64,000 nt of DNA from Salinibacter sp. (lineage in GTDB: Bacteria; Bacteroidota; Rhodothermia; Rhodothermales; Salinibacteraceae): contig NZ_JAZKRW010000002.1 of assembly GCF_036626415.1 (NCBI RefSeq), positions 9,521 through 73,520 of the forward strand. The letters are read 5' to 3'. This document shows, piece after piece, positions 9,321 through 19,746 of this stretch. A program made the position numbers and the translations under genes. Each line of letters begins with the position of its first letter. Position 1 is the first letter of the stretch. A model generated the notes under the pieces. That model ran no database searches. It saw nothing but the letters and a program-made list of their open reading frames with translations, and was not told where the DNA came from.

Positions 9321-10355
9321 ATGGACGCTACTGAATCCGCCCCGGCCCCGGACACCGATGCAACAACTGACCCGGTGGTGGTCTCTGGCATCCAACCGTC
9401 CGGACGCCTCCACCTTGGCAACTACTTTGGGGCCCTCCGCCAGCACATCACCCTGCACCGGCAGCACGACGCCTACTACTTCATCGTGAACTACCACGCG
9501 ATGACGACGGTGCAGGACGCAGAACAGCTCCGCGAACACACCTTCAACGTCGCCCTCGACTACCTCGCGCTCGGCTTCGACCCGGACGAGGCAGCCCTCT
9601 TCGTGCAGAGCGACGTGCCGGAGGTGACCGAGCTCATGTGGATCTTCTTCAACCTCCTCCCCACGAGCACGCTTGAGAAGGGGGTCTCGTACAAGGAGAA
9701 GGTCGACGCCGGCCTTACGCCAAACGCCGGGCTCTTCAACTACCCGGTGCTCCAGGCCGCCGACATCCTCGCGTACGGCGGGTCTCTGGTGCCCGTGGGG
9801 GCGGACCAGAAGCAGAACCTCGAGATTGCCCGCGACCTGGCGCGCCGCTTCAACCACCGCTTCTGTCCCGACGACGACCCGCTCCTTCCGGTCCCGGAGC
9901 CCCACATTCTCGACGACGTGGCCGTCATTCCCGGCACCGATGGGCGCAAGATGTCGAAAAGCTACGACAACACGATCGGCATCTTCGATGAGGGGGATAC
10001 GCTGGAGGGAAAGGTGATGAACATCGTCACCGACTCGACGCCCCTCGCGGAGCCGAAGGACCCCGAGTCGTGCAACGTCTTTGCCCTCATCACCCTGTTC
10101 GCCGATGAGGAGACGCAGCAGGAGATCGCGGACAAGTACCGGGCCGGCGGGTACGGCTACGGCCACGCCAAGCAGGAACTCCACGAATTGATCGAAGACC
10201 ACTTCGCCGACGCCCGTGCCCGACGCAAAGACCTCGAGCAGCGGCCCGATTACGTCCGCGACGTTCTGCGGGCGGGAGCAGACGCGGCCCGCGCCCAAGC
10301 CAAGCCGATTCTGGAGCAGGTGCGCGACCGGGTCGGACTGATCCGCACTCGCTGA
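9321..10355 (+). CDS. trpS: Tryptophanyl-tRNA synthetase
   Basis: SGIQPSGRLHLGNYFGA (HIGH motif), YPVLQAADIL, VPVGADQKQNLE, GRKMSKSY. Confidence 0.97.
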   Translation: MDATESAPAPDTDATTDPVVVSGIQPSGRLHLGNYFGALRQHITLHRQHDAYYFIVNYHAMTTVQDAEQLREHTFNVALDYLALGFDPDEAALFVQSDVPEVTELMWIFFNLLPTSTLEKGVSYKEKVDAGLTPNAGLFNYPVLQAADILAYGGSLVPVGADQKQNLEIARDLARRFNHRFCPDDDPLLPVPEPHILDDVAVIPGTDGRKMSKSYDNTIGIFDEGDTLEGKVMNIVTDSTPLAEPKDPESCNVFALITLFADEETQQEIADKYRAGGYGYGHAKQELHELIEDHFADARARRKDLEQRPDYVRDVLRAGADAARAQAKPILEQVRDRVGLIRTR

Positions 10356-10485
10356 CGGGGGCAACCACGGGGCCTCCCCGGCCAAGGTATGCCCGCCCTC
10401 GATTCGTTCTGCTCAGCAACCAGGCCCGACTGCTGGTCCCCACGCAAAGACTCGCTCAGTTTCTCGCTCCACGCTCTCCACACCG

Positions 10486-11088
10486 ATGATTCTGGTCATC
10501 GACAATTACGACTCGTTTACCTACAACCTCGTCCACCTCGTGGGGCGCCACACGGACGACCTGGAGGTCGTGCGCAACGACGACCTCACGGTCGCCGAAG
10601 TGGCGGACCTGACCCCGGACGGCATTCTCATCTCTCCCGGGCCGGGGCATCCGTCGGAGGCCGGCATCACGGAACCGGTCATTCGGGAGCTGGGCGCCAC
10701 AACCCCCATCCTGGGCGTCTGCCTCGGGCACCAGGCCATCGGGGAGGTCTTCGGCGGGACCATCACCCAGGCCGACGAGCTGATGCACGGCAAAACGAGC
10801 CCGGTCTACCACGAGGGCACCCCTCTCTTCGAGGGCCTCGACACGTCTTTCGAGGCGACCCGGTATCACTCCCTCGTTATCGACCCGGACACGTTCCCGC
10901 ACGACGACTTGGAGGTGACGGCCACGACAGAGGAGCAGGACACGATCATGGCCCTCCGCCACCGCACCCATCCGCTGTACGGAATCCAGTTTCACCCCGA
11001 GAGCGTGATGACGCGGGCCGGGCCCACTCTTATTGGCAACTGGCTTTCGATCGCGCTGGACGAGCAGCCCCGTGCCCAAACCCCGTAG
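10486..11088 (+). CDS. trpG: Anthranilate synthase component II / glutamine amidotransferase
   Basis: VIDNYDSFTYNL, ISPGPG, LGVCLGHQ, RYHSL, QFHPES. Confidence 0.95.
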   Translation: MILVIDNYDSFTYNLVHLVGRHTDDLEVVRNDDLTVAEVADLTPDGILISPGPGHPSEAGITEPVIRELGATTPILGVCLGHQAIGEVFGGTITQADELMHGKTSPVYHEGTPLFEGLDTSFEATRYHSLVIDPDTFPHDDLEVTATTEEQDTIMALRHRTHPLYGIQFHPESVMTRAGPTLIGNWLSIALDEQPRAQTP

Positions 11089-11115
11089 CCTTTCCCCCTT
11101 CCCCTCAACTACTTT

Positions 11116-12156
11116 TTGCCCGTGAACACCTACCTCGACACCATCGCCGATGGCGACCCCCTCTCCCGAGCGGACGCCGAAGAGGTCATGGCCTCGATGA
11201 TGAACGGCTCCGCCCGCGACGAGCACATCGCCGCGCTCTTGATGGGCCTGCGCACCCGCGGCGAGACGCTGGACGAGCTGGTCGGCTTCACGAAGACCAT
11301 GCGTGAGTTTGCCGTCTCGGTAGAGACCGACGACCCCCACGCCATCGACCTCTGTGGCACCGGGGGCGACGGCGCGAGCACGTTCAACATTTCCACCACG
11401 GCCTCCTTGATCGCGGCGGGCGCCGGCGCCACGGTGGCCAAGCACGGCAACCGCTCGGTCTCCTCCCAGTCCGGCTCCGCGGACGTGCTGGAGGCGCTTG
11501 GGGTACAGATCGACCTCGAGAAGGAGGGCGTGGAGCACTGCCTCCACGAGGCCGGCATTGCCTTCCTCTTCGCCCCCTTCTTTCATCCCGCCATGCGGCA
11601 CGTGATGCCGGTGCGCAAGGCGCTCGGCGTCCGCACCTTTTTCAACATCCTGGGTCCCCTCTGCAACCCGGCCGGCGTCACCCGCCAGATCGTGGGCGCC
11701 TTCGACACGAGCACCGCGCAGACGATGGTGCGCATCCTCGCCGAGCTGGACACCGACCACGTCATCACGCTGCACGCCGACGATGGGCTGGATGAGCTCA
11801 GCGTGTCCGCCGCCACGACGCTCTTCGAATACGACGCCACGGACCAAAATCCCGTCCCACGGAGTCACGAGGTGGGCCCGGAGGCCCACGGCATGGAGCG
11901 GTCTTCAATATCTGCCCTGGAAGGCGGAACCGCCCAGCAAAACGCCTCCATTCTCCACGACATCCTGTCCGGTGAGGATCAGGGGCCCCGGCGTGACGTT
12001 GCGGTCCTGAATGCCGCCTATGCGCTTTACGTGAGCGACCAGTACGCCGACCTCGACGCGTGCCTGGAGGCCGCCACGGAGAGCATCGACGCGGGCGCCG
12101 CCCTCGAAACCCTCAAGACCCTCGCAAGCGTGTCGAAAAAGGCCAAGTCGGAGTAA
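11116..12156 (+). CDS. trpD: Anthranilate phosphoribosyltransferase
   Basis: DLCGTGGDGASTFNIST, AKHGNRSVSSQSGSADVLEALG, RTFFNILGPLCNPA, DGLDELS. Confidence 0.97.
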   Translation: MPVNTYLDTIADGDPLSRADAEEVMASMMNGSARDEHIAALLMGLRTRGETLDELVGFTKTMREFAVSVETDDPHAIDLCGTGGDGASTFNISTTASLIAAGAGATVAKHGNRSVSSQSGSADVLEALGVQIDLEKEGVEHCLHEAGIAFLFAPFFHPAMRHVMPVRKALGVRTFFNILGPLCNPAGVTRQIVGAFDTSTAQTMVRILAELDTDHVITLHADDGLDELSVSAATTLFEYDATDQNPVPRSHEVGPEAHGMERSSISALEGGTAQQNASILHDILSGEDQGPRRDVAVLNAAYALYVSDQYADLDACLEAATESIDAGAALETLKTLASVSKKAKSE

Positions 12157-12216
12157 GGCACGGGATGGCCCGCGACGGCACCCCTCGGTCTCTCTCAGTA
12201 CCGACCCATTCTCACC

Positions 12217-13029
12217 GTGAGCATTCTTGACGACATCATCGACGACACCCGCGAGCTCGTCGAGCAGCGAAAAAAAGAGACGCCAGTTTCGGAGCTCAAG
12301 GGGCGTCCGTTCTACGACGAGCGGGAGCCCCTCTCGCTCGCGACGGCCCTGAAAGAGCGCGGCCTCTCGTTCATTGCGGAGGTCAAGAAGGCCTCCCCCT
12401 CCAAAGGCCTCATTCGGGACGCGTTCGACCCCGCCGCCATCGCCCAGCAGTACACCGAGCACGACGCGGCGGCGATCAGCGTACTGACCGAGCCCCTCCA
12501 CTTTCAGGGCGCCCTGGAGCACATGGCCTGGATCCGGGCTCACGTGCCCGAGACGCCGCTCCTGCGAAAGGACTTCATCATCGATCCCTACCAGCTCGTG
12601 GAGGCGCGAGCGGTGGGGGCCGATGCGGTCTTGCTCATCGCGACGGCCCTCGACGCGGGCCGCCTCTCCGACCTGCACGCCGCCGCCACCGAGCTGGGGC
12701 TCTCCTGCCTCGTGGAGGTGTACACGGAAGAGGACCTCAACAAGATCGACTGGGACCAGGTAACAGTCCTCGGTGTCAACAATCGAGACCTCCATACCTT
12801 CGAGGTCGACATCCAAAACTCGCTCCGCATCTTTGAGCAAGCGCCAAAGGGCGTGGGCCGCGTGGCCGAGAGTGGGCTAAGCGATCCCGAGACGCTTGTG
12901 CGCCTCCGACAGGCCGGCGTGAACGGTGTCCTCATCGGGGAGCACCTCATGCGCGCGGAGCATCCCGGCCAGGCCCTCTCCGAGCTCCGCGCCCAAGGCA
13001 AAAAAATCGCTGCCCGGCAGGCCGGCTGA
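12217..13029 (+). CDS. trpC: Indole-3-glycerol phosphate synthase
   Basis: IAEVKKASPSKG, ISVLTE, LLRKDFIIDPYQ, GVNNRDL, AESG. Confidence 0.97.
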   Translation: MSILDDIIDDTRELVEQRKKETPVSELKGRPFYDEREPLSLATALKERGLSFIAEVKKASPSKGLIRDAFDPAAIAQQYTEHDAAAISVLTEPLHFQGALEHMAWIRAHVPETPLLRKDFIIDPYQLVEARAVGADAVLLIATALDAGRLSDLHAAATELGLSCLVEVYTEEDLNKIDWDQVTVLGVNNRDLHTFEVDIQNSLRIFEQAPKGVGRVAESGLSDPETLVRLRQAGVNGVLIGEHLMRAEHPGQALSELRAQGKKIAARQAG

Positions 13030-13098
13030 GCCCGACGTGTTGGCCCAGCGACGATGACCGTTGTTCCCTCCGTATGTCCCACCATCCAGTACCGCCCC

Positions 13099-13764
13099 AT
13101 GGGAGTTGAGCTCAAAGTTTGCGGCATCACAGAACTTGAGGACGCACGCTATCTGGCCGGCGCCGGGGCCGACTACCTCGGCTTTATCCAGCATGAGGAG
13201 AGCCCGCGCTATGCCCCGCCCTCCCTCGCCAGCGACATTATCGAGTGGGTGCACGGCCCCGCCCCGGTCGGGGTCTTCGTGAACGACGACGCCCCCGCCA
13301 TCAACGAGGCCGTCGAGGCCGCCGGGTTTGAGTTCGCCCAGCTTCACGGCCAGGAGCCGGCGCACGTCGTGGAGCGCGTCGACTGTCCCGTCATCAAGGC
13401 GGTCCACGTGCGTCACGACGCGGCCCCCAACCAACTGCACACCCTCTTCGAGCGCTACGAAGACGAGGTTGAGTACTTTCTGCTGGACACCCACGACTCG
13501 AGCGTGTGGGGCGGCACCGGGGAGTCGTTTAACTGGCGCCTCGCCCGGGACCTGGCCCAGGAGTATCCGGTCTTCTTGGCCGGCGGCCTCGACGCCGACA
13601 ACGTGGCCCGGGCGCTCGAAACCATGCGCCCCTTCGCCATCGACCTCTCAAGCAGCCTGGAGTCCGCCCCCGGACAGAAGAGCTTCGAGAAAATCGATGC
13701 GTTCATGGACGCCTTCCAGGCCGCGGCGGCCGAGTTGGAAGAAACCGAAACGCATGACGCTTGA
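13099..13764 (+). CDS. trpF: Phosphoribosylanthranilate isomerase
   Basis: [52 protein letters not shown]. Confidence 0.95.
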   Translation: MGVELKVCGITELEDARYLAGAGADYLGFIQHEESPRYAPPSLASDIIEWVHGPAPVGVFVNDDAPAINEAVEAAGFEFAQLHGQEPAHVVERVDCPVIKAVHVRHDAAPNQLHTLFERYEDEVEYFLLDTHDSSVWGGTGESFNWRLARDLAQEYPVFLAGGLDADNVARALETMRPFAIDLSSSLESAPGQKSFEKIDAFMDAFQAAAAELEETETHDA

Positions 13765-13843
13765 CCCGGACCGCCGCGCCTGTCTCGCGTAAGAGAAGAC
13801 CCCGTTACCGATCGTCATTATTGCTCCGCACGGCCTGCCTCCT

Positions 13844-15064
13844 ATGCCCCGCTCCGCCACCGAGTCTCGTCCCGACACGCTTCCCGACGCCGACGGCCAC
13901 TTTGGGCCGTACGGCGGGGCCTACGTGCCCGAAATCCTTACCCCCGTGCTCGAAGAACTCAAGGCCGCCTACAAGACCTACAAGGACGATCCGGATTTTC
14001 AGGCCGACCTCCAGGCCCTTCTCAACGACTATGCCGGTCGCCCGACGCCCCTCACCTACTGCGACCGTCTGACCGACCAGGTCGGCGGGGCCCGCATCTA
14101 TGCAAAGCGGGAGGACCTCTGCCACACTGGGGCCCACAAGATTAACAACACGCTCGGCCAGATCTTGCTGGCGACCCGCATGGGCAAGGAGCGCATCATT
14201 GCCGAGACCGGGGCCGGGCAGCACGGCGTGGCCACCGCTACGGTCTGTGCCAAGTTTGGGGTCGACTGCGTGATCTACATGGGCGCGGAGGACATGAAGC
14301 GCCAGCGCCTGAATGTGGAGCGGATGGAGCTGCTGGGCGCGGAGGTCCGGGCCGCCACCTCGGGCAGCCAAACCTTGAAGGAGGCCACCAACGAAGCGAT
14401 TCGGGACTGGGTCTCCAACCCGGACGACACGTTTTACATCATCGGCTCCGTGGTCGGCCCGCACCCGTATCCCATGATGGTGCGCAACTTTCACCGGGTA
14501 ATCGGAACCGAAACGCGCCACCAACTCCGCGAAGAGACCGGCCGGGAGACGCCGGACGCCATCGCCGCCTGCGTGGGAGGTGGCTCCAACGCGATCGGCA
14601 TCTTCCACCCGTTCCTCGACGACCCCGAGGTGCAACTACACGGGACGGAAGCGGCGGGCGGCGGCCTCAACGGCGACCATGCCGCCACCCTTGCCGAGGG
14701 CTCCCCGGGCGTCCTGCACGGAGCGATGAGCTACCTTCTGCAGGACGACGCCGGCCAGGTGAGCCTCGCCCACTCACTCTCCGCCGGCCTCGACTATCCC
14801 GGGGTGGGGCCTGAGCACGCCCACCTGCGCGACGAAGGGCGCGTCTCGTACCACCCGGTGACCGACACAGAAGCGCTGAACGGCGTCGAGTTGTTGTCTC
14901 AGACGGAGGGCATCATTCCCGCCCTCGAGACGGCCCACGCCGTGGCCCTCCTGCCCGAGCTGGCGCGGACTCTCGCCGAAGAACGAGGCAAGGACGCCGT
15001 GCTCGTCTTCAATTGCTCCGGCCGCGGCGACAAAGACATGGAAACCATTGCCGCACACCGGTAA
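13844..15064 (+). CDS. trpB: Tryptophan synthase beta chain
   Basis: [23 protein letters not shown] (PLP lysine), [31 protein letters not shown]. Confidence 0.98.
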   Translation: MPRSATESRPDTLPDADGHFGPYGGAYVPEILTPVLEELKAAYKTYKDDPDFQADLQALLNDYAGRPTPLTYCDRLTDQVGGARIYAKREDLCHTGAHKINNTLGQILLATRMGKERIIAETGAGQHGVATATVCAKFGVDCVIYMGAEDMKRQRLNVERMELLGAEVRAATSGSQTLKEATNEAIRDWVSNPDDTFYIIGSVVGPHPYPMMVRNFHRVIGTETRHQLREETGRETPDAIAACVGGGSNAIGIFHPFLDDPEVQLHGTEAAGGGLNGDHAATLAEGSPGVLHGAMSYLLQDDAGQVSLAHSLSAGLDYPGVGPEHAHLRDEGRVSYHPVTDTEALNGVELLSQTEGIIPALETAHAVALLPELARTLAEERGKDAVLVFNCSGRGDKDMETIAAHR

Positions 15065-15110
15065 ACACACGGCCCGACGCGTTTCTCTTTTTTCCTTTCT
15101 CGACCCGACA

Positions 15111-15950
15111 ATGTCCCGACTCGACCAGACGTTTGGGCCCCTGCGCGACCGCGACGAGAAGGCCTTGGGGCTCTTCCTCACGGACGGATTCCCGGCCCCG
15201 GACGCGACCGTCCCTCTTCTCCGCGCGATCGATCGTGGAGGCGCCGACTTCATTGAGCTGGGCATGCCCTTCAGCGACCCATTGGCCGAAGGACGCCCAA
15301 TCCAGCGGGCCAGCGCCCAGGCCCTCTCCCACGACGTCACGCTCGCCGATACCTTCCGGACCGCCGAGGCGTTTCGGACAGAGAGCGAAACGCCCCTGCT
15401 CCTGATGGGGTACGTAAATCCGGTGCTCAAATATGGGGTCCAGGCGTTCTGCCAGAACGCCGCAGCGGCCGGGGTGGACGGCCTCATCCTTCCGGACCTC
15501 CCCCCTGAAGAGAGTGACGCCCTCTGTGATGCGGCCGCCGCCCACGACCTGGACCTCGTGTTCCTGGTCGCCCCCAATACCTCCGACGAGCGCATGCGCA
15601 CCGTCGACGAGCGGGCCACCGGGTTCGTCTATGCCGTAAGCGTGACTGGGCTCACGGGCAGCGACCTTGCCGACGCGCCCACCGTGGACGACTACCTCGA
15701 GCATACCCGCGAGCTCGTGGACCAGAATCCCCTGCTTGTCGGCTTTGGGATCAAGTCACACGACGACGCAATGCGCCTCAGCCGGCACACGGATGGCTTT
15801 ATCGTCGGTTCAGCCCTCATCAACCGCGTGTCGGCCCTCTGGGACGCCCCCGAGCGGCCGATGCCGGAGCGTCTGGACGCAGTCGAGTCGTTCGCTCGTC
15901 ACCTCAAGTCTGGCACTCCGGCCCCTGCACTCGATCTCGATCCGGCGTAA
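15111..15950 (+). CDS. trpA: Tryptophan synthase alpha chain
   Basis: [52 protein letters not shown]. Confidence 0.97.
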   Translation: MSRLDQTFGPLRDRDEKALGLFLTDGFPAPDATVPLLRAIDRGGADFIELGMPFSDPLAEGRPIQRASAQALSHDVTLADTFRTAEAFRTESETPLLLMGYVNPVLKYGVQAFCQNAAAAGVDGLILPDLPPEESDALCDAAAAHDLDLVFLVAPNTSDERMRTVDERATGFVYAVSVTGLTGSDLADAPTVDDYLEHTRELVDQNPLLVGFGIKSHDDAMRLSRHTDGFIVGSALINRVSALWDAPERPMPERLDAVESFARHLKSGTPAPALDLDPA

Positions 15951-16095
15951 TTTTGGACGTGGGGACACGTGCCTTCTTTGAAGGCGTGAACGAACAAAAC
16001 GCCGGCATCGGAGCCCTGTGGGGGCCGGAGCAATTCGTTCACCCAGACGTGTGAGGTGACGACTTCTCTGCTTCAGGTCTCAACCTCCCCGTCCC

Positions 16096-17244
16096 ATGTG
16101 TCGCTCTGTCGCCGTTCCATCCTGGCTTTGGGTGGGGATGCTGCTCGTAGGTCTGCCGCTCCTCGCCGGGTGTGAGGGCGACTATCGGCCGCGCGCCGTG
16201 GGGCCCGAGGGCGAGATTACAGTCGTCATGGACAGCTCGTACTGGACGAGCGCTCCGGGCGAGGCGCTGCGGGCCAACGTGGCGCCCTGGGTCGAGACCC
16301 TTCCGGTCTCGGAACGCTCCTTTCAACTGCGCCACCTGGAGCTGACCGACGAGCGCACCTACGAACGCATCCAGGACCTGAAGAACGTCATTATCGCGGC
16401 CCCCCTCAGTGACTCGACGAACGAGACGTCGTTTCTGCGACGGCGCCTCTCGGGCGAGGCTGAGCAGGCGATCTTGAAGGGACAGACCGCCGTGGTGCCC
16501 AAGCCGAACCTCTGGCGCCGCAGTCAGCGCATCTATTATATCGCGGCCTCCAATCCGGAGGCCCTGGCCGAAACCTTTCAGGCTCGAGGCACAGAGATCC
16601 AGGACACGTTTACGGAGGCGACACTCCAGCGCATGAATCAGAACATGTACGAGGATGCGCGCCGCTCGGCCCTCGAGGACACCCTCCTGCAGCGCCACGA
16701 CTTTGCCGTCAACGTGCAATCGGATTTTCAGATTGCCGTCGACACGACCACCGGATCAGAGGGGTTCGTATGGCTCCGGCGCCTCCTGGCTCAGACACGA
16801 CGCGAATTCCTTGTCTACTACGCTGAGGACGTCAGTCCCGATCAGATTACGCCCGAGTGGATTTATAACACCCGCGACTCGCTCACACGCCGCCACCTCC
16901 GGGGCAACGTGCAGGGGTTCGCGAAGATTGATTACCGCCGTCCCTTGAAAACCGAACAGCGCTCCTTCCTAGACCGGTACGCCTACGACTCGCGCGGCCT
17001 GTGGTACATGGTCGCACCGCTCGACGGGAACAACGATCTACAAGCCATCGGAGGCGGGGGCCCCTTCGTGAATTACACGTTTTACGATCAGGCCACGGAT
17101 CGGGTGTACATGCTGGACGGATCGATCTTCGCCCCCGACAACGATAAGCTCGACCTCCTCCGACAGATGGAGGTCATGGCGCGCACCTTCCGTACCGCGG
17201 AGGACGAACGCTCTCCGGACGTTTCTTCGACGGCCGACAGGTAA
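16096..17244 (+). CDS. DUF4837-like lipoprotein
   Basis: Lipobox LLAGC, then G..GEITVVMD, RGLW, GGPF and APDNDK..LLRQME, typical of this Bacteroidota/Rhodothermaeota family. Confidence 0.75.
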   Translation: MCRSVAVPSWLWVGMLLVGLPLLAGCEGDYRPRAVGPEGEITVVMDSSYWTSAPGEALRANVAPWVETLPVSERSFQLRHLELTDERTYERIQDLKNVIIAAPLSDSTNETSFLRRRLSGEAEQAILKGQTAVVPKPNLWRRSQRIYYIAASNPEALAETFQARGTEIQDTFTEATLQRMNQNMYEDARRSALEDTLLQRHDFAVNVQSDFQIAVDTTTGSEGFVWLRRLLAQTRREFLVYYAEDVSPDQITPEWIYNTRDSLTRRHLRGNVQGFAKIDYRRPLKTEQRSFLDRYAYDSRGLWYMVAPLDGNNDLQAIGGGGPFVNYTFYDQATDRVYMLDGSIFAPDNDKLDLLRQMEVMARTFRTAEDERSPDVSSTADR

Positions 17245-17246
17245 TA

Positions 17247-17660
17247 ATGCCTTCTGTCTTCCTCCGATCGATCCCCCCCCCTCTCCGCTCCGGCGTCCTC
17301 GGGGCCCTCTTGGCCGTCGGCCTGCTGATGGGATGCTCGGGGTTCTCTCCCAACGACGAAAGGCTCCCGGACAGCACGTTTGCGCGCGTGCTAACGGAGC
17401 TTCACATGGCCTCCTCCCGGCAATCGAGGGACATGTCGACGCCCCTGGGACTCCGAGATTCGATTTTTGCACGGTATAATGTGGATCCGCCTGAGTTCGA
17501 AACCACCCTGCGGCACTACACCCGTCATCCGGCTCAGTTCGAGGCGGTGTACACGACCGTGATCGATACACTCCAGGCCCTCCGACGCCCGACCCGAAGC
17601 CGCGCTGACACTCAAAGTGCTCCCGATTCCCTTCAGGATCGTGTTCGGGACGCCCCGTAG
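17247..17660 (+). CDS. DUF4296-like lipoprotein
   Basis: Lipobox LLMGC; FARVLTELHMA, IFARYNVDPPEFETTLRHY, FEAVYTTVID. Confidence 0.7.
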   Translation: MPSVFLRSIPPPLRSGVLGALLAVGLLMGCSGFSPNDERLPDSTFARVLTELHMASSRQSRDMSTPLGLRDSIFARYNVDPPEFETTLRHYTRHPAQFEAVYTTVIDTLQALRRPTRSRADTQSAPDSLQDRVRDAP

Positions 17661-17676
17661 CCAACTCGGCTGTGCC

Positions 17677-19626
17677 TCATAGCCAATCCTCAGCTTTCTC
17701 TGTGAGGCGAACCGATCCCTCCAGGGGATTCCGGACGGCCAGATAGTCCTCGTCGACAAGCCACTCCACGAGCTCTTCGATCCGTCGGGGAGGCGCCGGC
17801 AAATCGTCAACCCATTCTTCCCGCGGGACCGACGCTGCCACCTGTTCTAAAATGCGACGGAGAACTGGTTCGTCGTCGGGGGTAATGGCCGGTGGTTGAT
17901 GCCGCCCGAGACAGACGTCGCACGCCCCGCACTCCTCGCTGGTCTCTTCGCCGAAGTAGGTGAGCAGGGTCCAGCGCCGACACGCGACCGAGCGGGCGTA
18001 GCGAATCATGTGCTGAAGCCGCGTTTCGGCCCGCTGGCGCGCGTTCTGCACGGCCTGATCGTCCACGGGTAGCTTCGACGCGCGCGGAAACGAGAGCTCG
18101 ACCTGAAGGGCCACCCCCGGGGGCTTCCAGCGGAGCAGTCCCTGCCCTTCCAAGTAGCCCAGCCCGCGCCGGAGGCGATCCCGCGACACCTCTGTCCGGC
18201 GCGCAGTGGCGCGAAGATCGAGCGGCCACCATTCCCGAAAGGCGTCTGCATGAACGGTCCGCAACAGGGCCCGCACGAAGGCTGCCAGGGCCCGGTTGTC
18301 CACCGTGTCGGCGTAGTCTCGCAGCTCGCGGACCGTCGTCGAGAACTGCAACAGCCCGAAGTGTCGGCGTCGGGGCAAGAGGGTCCACGCCCCCTGCCGA
18401 TCGATCAAATCGACGGCCGTGCGGACCTTCGTCCGTGAAAAGCCGGTCGTTTTCAACACAGCATCGAGCCGAACGGCTAGCGGCCCTTCCGGCTCGCTTC
18501 CCACCGGGACCTGGCCCACACTACAGACCGCGTCGTACACCGCCCGGACCTCTCGGGCGGTGGGATGGGAGGCCTCAATGAGTGCGGCCTGCGTGTCCGC
18601 GTCGGTGGGCTGGTACAAGAGCACTGCATGGGCCTGCGCCCCGTCGCGCCCGGCCCGCCCCGCCTCTTGGTAGTAGCTTTCCAAAGATGAGGGCGGCGCC
18701 ATGTGCACCACGAAGCGCACGTCTGGCTTGTCGATGCCCATGCCGAAGGCGTTGGTCGCCACCATGACCCGCACGTCGTCGTTGACCCAGGCCTGCTGAC
18801 GACGTTCGCGCTCCTCCGAATCCAGCCCGCCGTGATACCCGGCCCCGGCCACTCCGTGGGCGTCGAGCCGCTTTCGCCACCGGGTGACGTCCCGGCGCGT
18901 GGGGACGTATACGATGCCCGTACCGGGCACCGCGTCGACCACTGCACGGAGCCGATCCCACTTCTTGTCGGTGCGGAATACGGACCACGTGATGTTGGGA
19001 CGGTCGAACCCGCGAACCACCTCGACGGCGTCCGACAGGTCGAGCAGGTCGCGGATGTCCTGGCGCACCGCCGGGGTGGCCGTGGCGGTGAGGGCCACGG
19101 TCGGGGGCGTCCCCAGGTGCTCCCGAGCGGCGGGGATCTCGAGATAATCGGGGCGAAAGTGGTGGCCCCACTCACTCACACAATGCGCCTCGTCGACCGC
19201 CACGAGCGACACGTCGAGCCGCTCCGCCCGCGCCTGAAAGACCTCTGTAGAAAAGCGCTCCGGGGCCATGTAAAGGAGGTCGTACTGCCCAAACTCCGCG
19301 TTCGTCCACCGCTGTTCGACCTCATGGCCGGGCAAGGTGCTGTTGATGAATGTGGCAGCCACGCCCTGCGCCTGCAGCCCCTCCACCTGATCCTGCATGA
19401 GCGCGATCAGCGGCGAGACGACGAGCACGAACCCGTCGGCCAGAACAGCGGGAAGCTGGTAGCACAGGGACTTTCCGCCGCCCGTCGGCATGACACCCAG
19501 CACGTCTCGGCCCTCGAGCAAGGGGGCCAACACCGCCTGCTGCCCCGGCCGAAACGTCTCGTGGCCCCATCGGCGCTGCATCGCCCGGCGGGCCTCCTCA
19601 ACCGAATACGACGTCAGATCGGCCAT
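17677..19626 (-). CDS. recQ: RecQ-family ATP-dependent DNA helicase
   Basis: FRPGQ, MPTGGGKSLCYQ, VDEAHCVSEWGHHFRPDY, ALTATAT, ATNAFGMGIDK, QEAGRAGRDG, Zn-binding CRR...CGACDVC; no obvious HRDC domain. Confidence 0.93.
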   Translation of the reverse strand: MADLTSYSVEEARRAMQRRWGHETFRPGQQAVLAPLLEGRDVLGVMPTGGGKSLCYQLPAVLADGFVLVVSPLIALMQDQVEGLQAQGVAATFINSTLPGHEVEQRWTNAEFGQYDLLYMAPERFSTEVFQARAERLDVSLVAVDEAHCVSEWGHHFRPDYLEIPAAREHLGTPPTVALTATATPAVRQDIRDLLDLSDAVEVVRGFDRPNITWSVFRTDKKWDRLRAVVDAVPGTGIVYVPTRRDVTRWRKRLDAHGVAGAGYHGGLDSEERERRQQAWVNDDVRVMVATNAFGMGIDKPDVRFVVHMAPPSSLESYYQEAGRAGRDGAQAHAVLLYQPTDADTQAALIEASHPTAREVRAVYDAVCSVGQVPVGSEPEGPLAVRLDAVLKTTGFSRTKVRTAVDLIDRQGAWTLLPRRRHFGLLQFSTTVRELRDYADTVDNRALAAFVRALLRTVHADAFREWWPLDLRATARRTEVSRDRLRRGLGYLEGQGLLRWKPPGVALQVELSFPRASKLPVDDQAVQNARQRAETRLQHMIRYARSVACRRWTLLTYFGEETSEECGACDVCLGRHQPPAITPDDEPVLRRILEQVAASVPREEWVDDLPAPPRRIEELVEWLVDEDYLAVRNPLEGSVRLTEKAEDWL

Positions 19627-19746
19627 GTGCGAAGTGCGATGTCAGTGGGGATTCCATTTTCCGCGGTCAGATGTTATGTTTGGCCGGATCGTACGTTCGT
19701 TCTCCCACGATGCCTTTCATCCGCCCATTAGCAGGTCCTTTGCCTC

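Noticed and set aside
7161-10385. 1074-aa antisense ORF over trpE-trpS, and similar long shadow ORFs (888-1979, 29975-32044, 38223-41189, 43380-45359)
   Set aside because: They mirror well-supported genes on the opposite strand; stop-free antisense frames are expected with this GC3 bias, and the translations show no family motifs.
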